Assembly (NCBI GenBank): GCA_963662315.1
Contig: OY759353.1
Coordinates: forward strand, 2,912,001 to 2,976,000
Direction of reading: 5' to 3'
Source: Geopsychrobacteraceae bacterium
Lineage (GTDB): Bacteria; Desulfobacterota; Desulfuromonadia; Desulfuromonadales; Geopsychrobacteraceae
DNA length: 64,000 bases
The position numbers and the translations under genes were made by a program. Positions 1-9,598 of the stretch are shown here, piece after piece; position 1 is the first letter of the stretch, and the number at the start of each line of letters is the position of its first letter. The notes beneath the pieces were generated by a model. It did no database searches, had not been told where the DNA came from, and saw nothing but the letters and a program-made list of their open reading frames with translations.

Positions 1-798
1 GGAAATGTTGCCAAGGCTCTGGCACAAGGAGCACTGGAAATGGGAGCCCCGGCCTTCCATCATTTGTCGAAATTTGTCCCTGACTCCGGGATTGTTCTGC
101 TGCCGATCTTTTATGGCGCATCCCTCAAGCAAATCTACGCTTTTTCAGATGGTCCAATGGGGCAGGAACTGTACGACCGGGTCGAAAAAAAGATGGGCGT
201 TAAAGTTCTTGGCCGCCCGCTCGACTTGGGTTACGGAACCGTTTTTACTGGCAACAAGAAGCTGGAAAAAACGACCGATATGGTAGGAATGAAAATGCGC
301 GTTCCCGGTGGTGCAGCAACCCTTGAAAGATACCGGGTGTTGGGTGCAAGTCCGGTGAAAATCGGCTTGGCAGACCTCCCTCAGGCCCTCCAGCGCGGGA
401 CTGTCGATGGCATCTGGTCAACTCAGGAGACGGTTCGTTCCTCAAAACTGTGGGATGCCGGAATCAAATATGCTTTTGATGACAAGCAGAGCTATGTTCA
501 ATACATTCCGATGATCAATGGAAAGGTCTGGAAATCTCTGCCGGCCGAGCTGCAGAAGCTGATGGTGGATACCTGGGAAAACACAGTTGAAAAAGTACGT
601 ATTCTCGCCAAAGAAACCCAAGAAAAAGCTCAGCTGATCAATGCTGAAAACGGAATCGAAACAGTTGAACCTGCTGCTGAAGATCTTCAGAAAATGAGAC
701 AGAAACTTCTGGCCAGCCAACCGACTCTTGTTGAAGATCTGAAAATGGATGCAGATTACGTTGCAAGAGTTCAGGCGGCGGTTGACGCGGTCAAATAA
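1..798 (+). CDS. dctP: TRAP transporter substrate-binding protein (5'-partial)
   Basis: Frame is open from base 1. GMKMRVPG and LQRGTVDG motifs; followed by dctQ and dctM. Confidence 0.9.
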   Translation, partial: GNVAKALAQGALEMGAPAFHHLSKFVPDSGIVLLPIFYGASLKQIYAFSDGPMGQELYDRVEKKMGVKVLGRPLDLGYGTVFTGNKKLEKTTDMVGMKMRVPGGAATLERYRVLGASPVKIGLADLPQALQRGTVDGIWSTQETVRSSKLWDAGIKYAFDDKQSYVQYIPMINGKVWKSLPAELQKLMVDTWENTVEKVRILAKETQEKAQLINAENGIETVEPAAEDLQKMRQKLLASQPTLVEDLKMDADYVARVQAAVDAVK

Positions 799-810
799 TT
801 AATAAGTCAA

Positions 811-842
811 AGGCGCGGCGGGGGACTGCCGCGCTTTTTTTC
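811..842 (+). terminator. GC hairpin plus T-tract between dctP and dctQ
   Basis: gcgcggc(813-819)/gccgcgc(828-834) followed by 8 T. Confidence 0.6.
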
Positions 843-854
843 GAGGAATGGCGA

Positions 855-1367
855 ATGAAACTGTCAGCGGTCTATGAAAAGAGTATCGAATGGATTGCCG
901 GGGCTTGTGCAATGATCGCCTTGTGCATTGTCTGTATCGAGGTCTTCCTACGTTATTTCTTCCCCATGCTGCTTCCTGACTGGGGGAGGGAAATCGTTAT
1001 CTACCTTTTTGCCTGGGCAATAATGCTGGTCGGCGGACTCTTGATAAAAGAGGATCGACATGTCAGGGCTGATTTAGTGAATGAGCTTTTTCCAGAAGCA
1101 TCATTAAAGTATTTCGACGTCATTGTTGCTCTCATCGGCATTTTTTTCTGTGTCGCATTAACCTGGTTCGGGGTGAAAACTGTTCTTTTTGCGAAAACAT
1201 TTGAGGAGGTGAGCGATTCATCGATTCAGTTTCCGATGTACCTATTTTATCTCTGTCTTCCGGTCGGAATGTTGTTTATGAGTCTGCACTACGTTAATAG
1301 TCTGGTCAAAGCGATTCAGACAATTCTGGGGGGCGTGAACATTCAGCAGGAGGCTGATCATGAATAG
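855..1367 (+). CDS. dctQ: TRAP small permease
   Basis: About 4 TM segments, HVRADL motif, operon position. Confidence 0.9.
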   Translation: MKLSAVYEKSIEWIAGACAMIALCIVCIEVFLRYFFPMLLPDWGREIVIYLFAWAIMLVGGLLIKEDRHVRADLVNELFPEASLKYFDVIVALIGIFFCVALTWFGVKTVLFAKTFEEVSDSSIQFPMYLFYLCLPVGMLFMSLHYVNSLVKAIQTILGGVNIQQEADHE

Positions 1368-2640
1368 TTCTCTTCTTGGCCTGCTGTTTGCCGTGCTGAT
1401 CGCCATCAGAACGCCTATCTTCCTGACCTTGGGCGGTTTGGCTCTACTGATGTTCTGGATCGATGGCGAACCACTGATCAGCCTGGCGCAAATTGTTGTC
1501 GATCATCTCAATTCTGAAACTCTGGTTGCTATTCCGTTTTTCGTCATTGCTGCAGCCTTTATGACGGAAGGGGGCATTGCCAAAGCGCTGATCGATTGTG
1601 CCAACGCCTGGATCGGTCGAGTTCGTGGCGGGTTGGCGATTGTCTGCGTCGTTGCAACGACAATCTTTGCCGCCATCTGTGGTTCGTCAGTTGCGACGGC
1701 CATGGCAATGGGTGCTATCCTGATTCCAGCGATGAATCGTCAGGGTTATGACAAGCGTTTTTCCCTCGGCATTGTTGGCGCCTCCGGCACTCTGGGTATT
1801 CTGATCCCCCCTTCGCTGGCATTTATCGTTTACGCCATCATCGCTGAAGAGTCGGTTCCGCGACTGTTTTTGGCTGGGGTCATCCCGGGGTTGCTGCAGG
1901 CCGGTATGTTTATCGCCATTGCGCTTTTCTATGCCTACAAACGTGGTTACCCCAAAGGGGAACCGCTAACGCGTGACGAGTTTATTGCAGTCAATTTACA
2001 TGCACTTCCTGCTCTTTCAGTTCCGGTTATTGTGCTGGGAGGGATTTACAGCGGAATTGTTACGGTAACTGAAGCAGCTGGTCTGGCCGCTCTTGCTGCG
2101 CTGTTAACGAGTGTTGTCTTCTACCGTGAGTGCTCGGTGAAGGATATTATCCCGGTGATGGCACGCGGAATAAAAAGCACTGCTGCTATCGTTTTCATCA
2201 TCCTGATGGCAATGGCTTTTGGTCATTGGATCACCGGTTCTGGGCTGCCACAGAAACTTGTTGAATTTGCAGCAGAGAACCAGATGAAACCGTGGATGTT
2301 TCTGGCCTTCATCAATATTTTGCTGCTGTTTCTGGGGATGTTCCTGGAAGTTTTTGCGATTATGTTGATTGCTCTGCCGATCCTTCTCCCAATACTCGAC
2401 TCATTGGGAATCAACCTGATCCACTTCGCCGTAGTGATGACAATCAATATGGAACTCGCGCTGTTGACGCCGCCGGTCGGACTGAATCTGTTTGTTCTTT
2501 CCTCCGTTGCCAAAGAACCGATGAGTGAGGTGGTCAAGGGGATCGTACCTTTTGTTATCGCTCTGTTTATTCTGCTGATTATCGTTACTTATATTCCACA
2601 AGTGTCGTTGTGGTTGCCGAATCTGATTTACGGATATTGA
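1360..2640 (+). CDS. dctM: TRAP large permease
   Basis: 426-aa hydrophobic protein with GSSVATA, LIPPS and LTPPVGLNLF motifs. Confidence 0.95.
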   Translation: MNSSLLGLLFAVLIAIRTPIFLTLGGLALLMFWIDGEPLISLAQIVVDHLNSETLVAIPFFVIAAAFMTEGGIAKALIDCANAWIGRVRGGLAIVCVVATTIFAAICGSSVATAMAMGAILIPAMNRQGYDKRFSLGIVGASGTLGILIPPSLAFIVYAIIAEESVPRLFLAGVIPGLLQAGMFIAIALFYAYKRGYPKGEPLTRDEFIAVNLHALPALSVPVIVLGGIYSGIVTVTEAAGLAALAALLTSVVFYRECSVKDIIPVMARGIKSTAAIVFIILMAMAFGHWITGSGLPQKLVEFAAENQMKPWMFLAFINILLLFLGMFLEVFAIMLIALPILLPILDSLGINLIHFAVVMTINMELALLTPPVGLNLFVLSSVAKEPMSEVVKGIVPFVIALFILLIIVTYIPQVSLWLPNLIYGY

Positions 2641-2654
2641 GAAAGGGTTGAGTT

Positions 2655-3005
2655 ATGCCGGTTGTTCGAATTTTTGTTGATGAGCCATGCTGGGACAAAG
2701 TCAAACAGAATGTCCCCACACTCGGGAATGATATCCATCAGTTGCTGATCGAAGGGATGAAAGCGCACCCCGAGAGCTGCCAGATTCTGTTCACGCAGTC
2801 GCTAATGCCGCATCAGGTTCCTTCCGTTTACGTCGATTTTCAATACCGGGCTTCAGAGGCGCGGACAAAAGAGGTTGTCCAGCCGGTCGCTGACAAGATC
2901 GCTGGGATGATAGCCGCTTGTGCCGGGGTGTCTTGTCGGACCAGAGCTTTTGCTATTGATGTCGAGACGTTGATCGCAGCCGAAGGGAAAGCTATTCATA
3001 CTTAA
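2655..3005 (+). CDS. Tautomerase/CHMI-like small protein
   Basis: 116 aa with N-terminal Met-Pro (candidate catalytic Pro1); last gene of the TRAP operon. Confidence 0.5.
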   Translation: MPVVRIFVDEPCWDKVKQNVPTLGNDIHQLLIEGMKAHPESCQILFTQSLMPHQVPSVYVDFQYRASEARTKEVVQPVADKIAGMIAACAGVSCRTRAFAIDVETLIAAEGKAIHT

Positions 3006-3023
3006 GCCCTATTTCTAGGTAAA

Positions 3024-3197
3024 TATTTACCGGCCCTCTTCGGAGGGTCTTTTCCGTTCCTGATTCAATTGAACAATTTCAGGAAATATAAGCTTACGAG
3101 TTCGTACGGTAAATTCATGAATGACCCATTTCAAATATCAGGATTAAACATTTGAATTTGAAGTTGAGTGCTTAAATTAATGAATTTCAAATATTGG
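3024..3197. repeat. 174-bp direct repeat, left copy
   Basis: Matches 12842-13015 with one visible mismatch. Confidence 0.95.
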
Positions 3198-3207
3198 GAT
3201 ATATGAA

Positions 3208-3238
3208 AAATGCCGTCGGGGAAAATCCGGCGGCATTT
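3208..3238 (-). terminator. Intrinsic terminator-like hairpin
   Basis: aaatgccgtcgg/ccggcggcattt, with a T-run on the minus strand. Confidence 0.55.
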
Positions 3239-3382
3239 CTGCTTCATAAGGTCTAAGTTTTAAAATTCGCCTTCCACTAGTCGCTTGAAGCCTGTATAGG
3301 CAGATCCGCCTAACTTTGATAAAAAATCCACACAAAACTGAATAAAATCAGGTATGGTGAATACTTAGAAAATTTGATAAAA

Positions 3383-3459
3383 ATCTAATAATGATATAGG
3401 CAGGCAGGTTTGTGTCTTTATTTACAGGTTTATACAGACCTACCTAATTGTGGTTAGCT
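3383..3459 (+). other. attI/attC-like recombination site heading the cassette array
   Basis: Ends in core GTTAGCT (3453-3459), nearly complementary to the cassette-1 R'' GGCTAAC. Imperfect inverted repeat at 3402-3415/3432-3445. Confidence 0.55.
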
Positions 3460-3472
3460 GCAAGGAGGCTTT

Positions 3473-3931
3473 ATGTCCGAGTACAAGCTGACTGAGGAAA
3501 TAATCAACCGATCCCAGTCAAAAGTCTGGGATATGGCAAAGCTCGAATGGAGCTTGTATCAGATATACGAGGCTGAAGAGCCGGAAACATGTCTTTGCGG
3601 GCATTTCCCAATAATCGAAATATGCACTCTTAGGAATAAATTAAACGGGCAGTTTGCAACAGTAGGAAACTGCTGCGTAAAGAAGTTCATAGGCTTGCCA
3701 TCTGACTTGATCTTTCAGGCGGTAAAGCGTGTTAGAAAAGACAATCAGAAGTCCTTGAATGCTGAAGCCATCCAACATGCATATGAAAAAGGATGGATCA
3801 ATGAGTGGGAGTATAAGTTCTCAATAGACACTATGAGAAAGAGGAATCTATCTCAAAAGCAACTTCAATCACGAATGAAGGTAAACGAAAAGATGCTTGC
3901 CAATATGAGGCGTAGCAGCAGTGGCGGCTAA
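3473..3931 (+). CDS. Integron cassette protein, Cys/His-rich (CLCGH...GNCC), unknown function
   Basis: AAGGAGG RBS just after the core site; stop codon lies in R'' of attC. Confidence 0.85.
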   Translation: MSEYKLTEEIINRSQSKVWDMAKLEWSLYQIYEAEEPETCLCGHFPIIEICTLRNKLNGQFATVGNCCVKKFIGLPSDLIFQAVKRVRKDNQKSLNAEAIQHAYEKGWINEWEYKFSIDTMRKRNLSQKQLQSRMKVNEKMLANMRRSSSGG

Positions 3932-4141
3932 TCGGGTAGCCGGGGGTTTTGCTCCCCCAGCCCCCACACCACCCGGCATGCGGGTCCGCTACCCAAGCGC
4001 TTCGATGAAACTACCGGGCCGTAGCCGGGTAATGTCGCTTCACCCACAGGACTTTGACAGAAACTAAACCCTGATCCTTCAACCATTGGTTGGTCATGCC
4101 GGTATGTGCCGCCAGCCGGCGGGACATAGCCCACGGACCGT

Positions 4142-4590
4142 TGCGGTTCTGGCCATTAGGCGCGCATTGCGCCGTCGGCCGGCTGGTTAGATGCTGGCGG
4201 TTCCTTTGGAGAGACGAAGCCCGAGTACGAACCCTTTAAAGAAGGGCGTTTTGTGCTTACTATTTGTCGCCCGCCTGGGACAAATAGTAAGGCGTCGTGC
4301 GGGGCGCAACACCGCGACCTTGCTTGTTTCATTTCAATCATAAAAGACGAAACCGCCGGGTCCCGGCCCGGCAGCCGGATTCATTTTTTCCAGCGATGAA
4401 AAAACGAATCAAAAAAATCTTTTAGGTCAAGGTAACTGACGATAGCTGTGTTGGGCTGCGGTTAAAGGTTGCTGGGTGCAATTAACCGGCAGCCCACGCT
4501 GCTGTCGCAGCTAATGGGCAAGGGCGTTAGTTGGTGCGGAATGCCGTGGGATTATCGGTATTCGTTTTTAAATCCATTATCCATCAATAA
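4142..4590. repeat. Structured intergenic repeat/MITE-like unit, copy A
   Basis: First about 190 bp recur at 4591-4783 and first about 234 bp at 12518-12751; diverged pieces at 62951-63145. Perfect 13-bp stem at 4256-4268/4279-4291. Confidence 0.85.
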
Positions 4591-4783
4591 TGCGGTTCTG
4601 GCCATCAGGCGCGCATTGCGCCGTCGGCCGGCTGGTTAGATGCTGGAGGTTCCTTTGGAGAGACGAAGCCCGAGTACGGACCCTTTAAAGAAGGGCGTTT
4701 TGTGCTTACTATTTGTCGCCCGCCTGGGACAAATAGTAAGGCGTTGTGCGGGGCGCAACACCGCGACCTTGCTTGTTTCATTT
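4591..4783. repeat. Structured repeat, copy B (tandem, partial)
   Basis: Near-identical to 4142-4334 at an offset of 449 bp. Confidence 0.9.
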
Positions 4784-4959
4784 ATATACTGTTTCTGTTC
4801 GTCGGCTCACAACTTTGCACTCGGGCGTCCTCCAGACCTCTCCTCACGGAGACGCCCTTGCCGTCGGCTAGTACTTTAATGACATCACACATGTGTGATG
4901 CTAGGATTCTACGTACAGGGGACTTACACCCCATAAGATCACGCCCGTGCCGGGCGTAC

Positions 4960-5028
4960 ACAAGGCAAATTAACTCGGATACAAATTCCGCTGCGCTCCA
5001 TTTGCACCGGTTATTTGCAACGTTAGGC
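4960..5028 (+). other. attC site of cassette 1 (remainder after intron insertion)
   Basis: Removing the intron gives GGCTAAC-AAGG-CAAATTAAC...GTTATTTG-CAAC-GTTAGGC: R'', L''/L' with an extra base, and R'. Confidence 0.85.
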
Positions 5029-6094
5029 AAAAAAACATACCCCCTTATAGAAGCAGGTAAAAATGAGTTTTACAGAAGCGAAACATGAGTTTGACAATAA
5101 ATACGGAACGGCAACAGAATACGACTGTTTCCTAACCGAGCATTTGACTTTTGGACGAAAGACCAATTTCAAAAAAAAGAACGGTCAACGAAACGAGCAA
5201 TATTACAAATGGCAATTCCTGTATTCTATTGTGCAATCAGGACTTTTTGCCAAAGACTATATCGGGACAGAAGTTCAATTCCCCAAAGGCAATAAATCTT
5301 CTGCACCGCTAAAACTTGACGGAGCAATTTTTGACGACATTACTTGGTTTGACAAATACAAAGACTACCACGAAAACGGAAACAACGAGAGTTTAGAGTG
5401 GCTTCGAGAACATTTAATTGTTGCGCTTGAATTTAAAAAAGAAGATAACAAAAATGTTACTGATGTTTGGGACAAACAACTCAAAGCATATCTAAACGAA
5501 AGTCGCAGGCCTTTTTGTTTGGCTGTTTTGTATGACAGTGAAAGACTTTACTTATTCCGAAAGCACAATAACAAGTTTTTACGATACAGCGAAGAATTTA
5601 ACACCAAAGGAGAAGAAAGCAAAACCAAAGAACTTGCTTTACACCTACCCGACCCTTACTTAAACCTACCAAGTTTTGATGACCTTTTAGAGTGGACAGA
5701 AACGCAAGCCGTTGACCGTTCCAAAAGAGCAATTACCGACTTAGACATAATTTCAGGAGTTCATTCAACGCAAATCAATGATGCTATGAGTAGCATTTTG
5801 CGGACAATGGACAAAGTAGGAATGGTAAACCAAAAAGGTTTTGAAATTCTTATTCAAATTCTTTCGCTGAAAATCTATGATGAAAAAAGAAACGAAAAAA
5901 CACCAAAGCGTTTTTTGGACTTTTACATTACAGACGAAGAAAAGAATTTCAAAACCCTTGCAGACAAACCACTTCAAGAGTTTATCAAGCGCTTTAACGC
6001 CTTAAGAGATGAAGCAGCAGGAACTTATTACCGAATATTAAAAGATAATCCGCTGAACGTAAAAAACGAAAATCATATCAAGGTTTTAATTGAA

Positions 6095-7792
6095 CCTGAA
6101 TCCGTGAGTAAACAAACTTAAAACTGTTTTCGATCTTTGACAATCAGCTGATTTTACAGTGCTTTTCTGCTATTCTTGAATCGCATCGAATTTCACCCAA
6201 GGAGTTTTGGTTGTGACATTTCCCCGGTTCAAGCTTGAGCAGTCAAAGCAGGAATTTTACACCTCTCAGTCTGGCCTGGCTCTGGTCGGTGTGGCATTGA
6301 ATCGCTATACCTCGCTGGCTTCGCGGGTCGATAAAGCGGCTCCCAAACGGGGAATCGCCACGTCCGATGTCCTGCGCAGCTATCTGGGTCTGCTCTGTCA
6401 GGGTAAAAGCGATTTTGCCGCTATCCATCCTTTTTTTGAGGACGATGAGTTTTTTCGGACCTCGTTGGGGCTAACCAAAACGCCCTCACAGGAAACATTG
6501 CGGCAGCGTCTCGATCAGTTCGCCGAGGTCTTGCGGATCATCGTCGACTTCTGTTCGGTGGAGTTTCTCAAGAAAGCCAAGGCACAACTCTCGCCATTGT
6601 CCACTGGGCATATGCCTCTTGATCTGGATGTTTTCACTCTCGACAACTCGGACACCAAGAAAGAGGGTGTCTCCTACACGTATCGAGGCTTTAACGGTTA
6701 CGCCCCTCTTGGTGTCTGGCTGGGACTGGAAGGCTGGTGTTTGGAGATCGAACAGCGTCCCGGTTCCCAGCATGCTCAGGAAGGATTTATCCCTCTGCTG
6801 TTACGGGCCTTGCACAAAGCCCATCAGCTAACCGACGCCCCACTGCTGGTGCGACTGGACAGCGCCCATGATGCCCTGGCGACATTGATCGCCCTGAAAG
6901 AGCAGAAGGCCGACTTCATCATCAAATGGAATCCGCGCAACACCGATGTTCCGATCAAAGCCACGGAAATCTTTGCCCACGGCAAGCTGGTGAAAGACAC
7001 CAAGGACGAACGGATCGCCATCATGACGGAAACGGTTGAACGAACCTACAACGATGGCGAGGGCAAAGACAAAACCATCAAGGTACGTCGTGTTCTGCGT
7101 GCCTCTGAGCGCTGGTTTGATCGAAACGGTCCACTTCTGGTTCCCGATATCGAGATTGAAGGCTGGTGGACCAGTCTCTCCAGCAACAAGGAGACGATCA
7201 TCGAACTCTACAAGGGGCATGCCCTGTGCGAGCAGTATCATTCCGAACTCAAGACCGACCTGGATCTGGAGCGGCTGCCATCGGGCAAGCTTGCGACCAA
7301 CGCTCTGGTGATGAGCTGTGCCGGGCTGGCGTACAATCTGTTGCGGGCCATCGGCCAGGTCGGTCTGATGGACAAAAAACAGGCCCGTCGAGCCAAACAG
7401 CGTCGGCGCCTCAAAACCGTACTGCAGGATTTGATGTACTTCGCTGCCCGATTTCTTCGTCACGCCCATGGCTTGATGCTGCGATTCAGTTGCCATGCGA
7501 TCAGGCAGGCACAGGCTTTCATCAAGACCTATGAGCATTTTGCCTATGACTAATGTCGAAACGCATCAGTACAGTGCTGAAAAATACCGCGGCCAAGGAC
7601 GTGCACAGTCACGCACGTCCTCAATTTACAAAGGAGCAAGACGAACGAAAAAATAATCAGCTGAATTGTCAAAGAACGTAGCTACCTGTGCTCATCGGAG
7701 TAGATCAGGTCAGCTTTGAATCAAAATTGACTGCGAAAATGGGTTCGCAGGCAAAGCGTGAAAGTGCCGACTGGCTACCTCACGGATTCAGG
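6095..7792 (+). mobile_element. IS1380-family insertion sequence, copy 1
   Basis: Terminal IRs CCTGAATCCGTGAG/CTCACGGATTCAGG; 4-bp TSD TGAA (6091-6094, 7793-7796); 1698 bp. Confidence 0.95.
6207..7553 (+). CDS. IS1380-family DDE transposase
   Basis: 448 aa; LDLD, VRLDSAH and EQYHSELKTDLDLERLPSGK motifs. Confidence 0.92.
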   Translation: MVVTFPRFKLEQSKQEFYTSQSGLALVGVALNRYTSLASRVDKAAPKRGIATSDVLRSYLGLLCQGKSDFAAIHPFFEDDEFFRTSLGLTKTPSQETLRQRLDQFAEVLRIIVDFCSVEFLKKAKAQLSPLSTGHMPLDLDVFTLDNSDTKKEGVSYTYRGFNGYAPLGVWLGLEGWCLEIEQRPGSQHAQEGFIPLLLRALHKAHQLTDAPLLVRLDSAHDALATLIALKEQKADFIIKWNPRNTDVPIKATEIFAHGKLVKDTKDERIAIMTETVERTYNDGEGKDKTIKVRRVLRASERWFDRNGPLLVPDIEIEGWWTSLSSNKETIIELYKGHALCEQYHSELKTDLDLERLPSGKLATNALVMSCAGLAYNLLRAIGQVGLMDKKQARRAKQRRRLKTVLQDLMYFAARFLRHAHGLMLRFSCHAIRQAQAFIKTYEHFAYD

Positions 7793-9598
7793 TGAAGTTG
7801 TCTATCAGTTTCAAGATTATTCTTTCGTTCGTTCTCACAAAACCGACCTTTATCAGTTGGTGTTTTACAAGTTCGCTACACCATTTTCAAAAGACCAAAA
7901 TGCTCAATTTGTTACACCACTTCCTTTAATTGACTTTTTGGTAAGTATTGTAAATCCCAGAAATGGCGAAACCGTAATTGACCCAACCGTAGGTATTGCC
8001 GATTTTCTTTCTGTTTCCTATGTGAACTCAAATAGCAAGTTGGACGACAACAACATTTTCGGGATGGACATTGACGACCAAATGGTAATGCTTGCAACTT
8101 TGAATATGCTTTTGAATGGAGACGGAAACGCCAAAATTAAAGCAAAAGCAGGTTACGGCTCTTTACTTTCTAAGTTTGACCACAAAGGCGAAATTCTTGA
8201 CCTTGTGCCGACAATGAACCAAAAAGGAAATTGGGACGACAGACCTGACGATAACCAACTTAAAAAATTTGATGTAGTTCTTACCAATCCACCATTTGGC
8301 GAAGACCGTGCATTTGTTCCAAAAGACGACAAAGATTTGGAAATGATACAATGCTACGAGCTTTGGCACTTGTATAGCAACAAAGGCGAAGAGCAAGCAG
8401 CAGGCAAAAAGAAGAAAGCCGAAAAGCAAGCGAGCAAAATAGATTTAGGAGTAGTGTTCCTTGAAAATGCCTACCGCATTTTGAAAGAGAACGGCAGAAT
8501 GGGAATTGTTTTATCCAACTCCATTGCCAGTATTGACACTCATAAAATTGCCCGTAAATGGTTAATGGACAAAATGAGAATTGTTGCAATCTTTGATTTG
8601 CCAGCCAATGTATTTGCCGAAACAGGTGTAAACACTTCAATCATTGTTGCCTACAAGCCAAACGAAAAAGAATTAGCAAAACTGAAAGAGCAGAACTATC
8701 AAGTATTTTTCAAAGGCATTGAAAAGGTTGGTTATGAAGTAAAGACCAGCAAACGAGTAAAATTCTTCTCGCCTAACTATAAAATCAATTACGAAAACTT
8801 TGAAATTGAAATTGACAAAGACGGACGAGCCTTGCTTGATGAAGAATTTACAGAAACCGTTGCAGATTTTAAAAAATGGTGTTTAAGCCAAGAAAAACAA
8901 TTACAAGACAATTTTGTCAAGGCTAAGTAACATGAGCAATAGTTACGTTAAGACACCAACTGCAATTTTGTTTTCTCATATTATAGAGAAAGACTTTACT
9001 CTTTCTTCTTCACAGTATATGGATTTGGTTATGCCCAATGAAAATTTCTTGTTTGTAAGGAATTTTCTAAGCAGACCATTACAACGTAAGGATTTAGGCG
9101 TTGAAGTCGGTTCATTGAATTATATTGGGAAATCAACTCATTATTTCCTAAGAACAAAAGCACTTCAACAGCATACATTTTTACCAGAAGTTACAAGCGA
9201 AACAGCATTACCAATAATGCCAAATTGCTTTATGAAAATGAATTTGAAACAAGGCGATTTGATTATTTCCAAAGACAGCAATATTGGCGAAATAGTGATT
9301 TTGGATAAAGATTATCCAAACTACATGCTTTCAGGTGCTTTATACAAATTGCCAGTTTCAGAAAATAAATACTATTTGTTGGCATTTATCAAACACAATG
9401 TTTTTCGGGAGCAGTTAGACTTTATGGTTCCCAAAGGCGCAACCATACGCCACGCTAAAACTTTGTTTTTGGATTGTAAAATACCAATGCCAAATCACAA
9501 TTCAAAAAATACAATCAAATTTGTTGAGCTGCTAACTCAAGCAATTATCAGTAAAGAACAACTTATAAAGAATAGGCACGAGAGCATTTTAAATCACA

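Larger units (their letters stand above)
3931..4959 (-). mobile_element. Group IIC (attC-targeting) intron shell, RT ORF deleted
   Basis: Minus-strand 5' end TTGT|GTACGCCCGGCACGGGCG and 3' DV/DVI end ...GACCCGCATGCCGGGTGGTGTGGG...TACCCGAT|TAGCC. Only a C-terminal IEP fragment remains (about 4011-4149). Confidence 0.85.
5063..8930 (+). pseudogene. Fused endonuclease-N6-adenine methyltransferase (Type IIB/IIG- or type I M-like), split by IS1380
   Basis: Excising the IS plus one TGAA restores ...KVLIE-VVYQF..., 721 aa. N-terminal LDG...LEFKK (PD-(D/E)xK-like); C-terminal QFVTP, DPTVGIADFL and NPPF. Confidence 0.85.

Noticed and set aside
3198..3452. Integron integrase gene or fragment
   Set aside because: No tyrosine recombinase motifs are readable in any frame.
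4142..4783. Tandem repeats as a CRISPR array
   Set aside because: Units are about 190-450 bp, there is no short repeat-spacer periodicity, and no cas genes are present.
3928..5088. Small ORFs at 3928-5088 and 12130-12788 as genes
   Set aside because: They are translations of intron RNA domains and the non-coding repeat; only the maturase-tail frame is meaningful.
6828..7538. 236-aa antisense ORF in the IS (also 10332-11042)
   Set aside because: Shadow of the transposase with no recognisable motifs.
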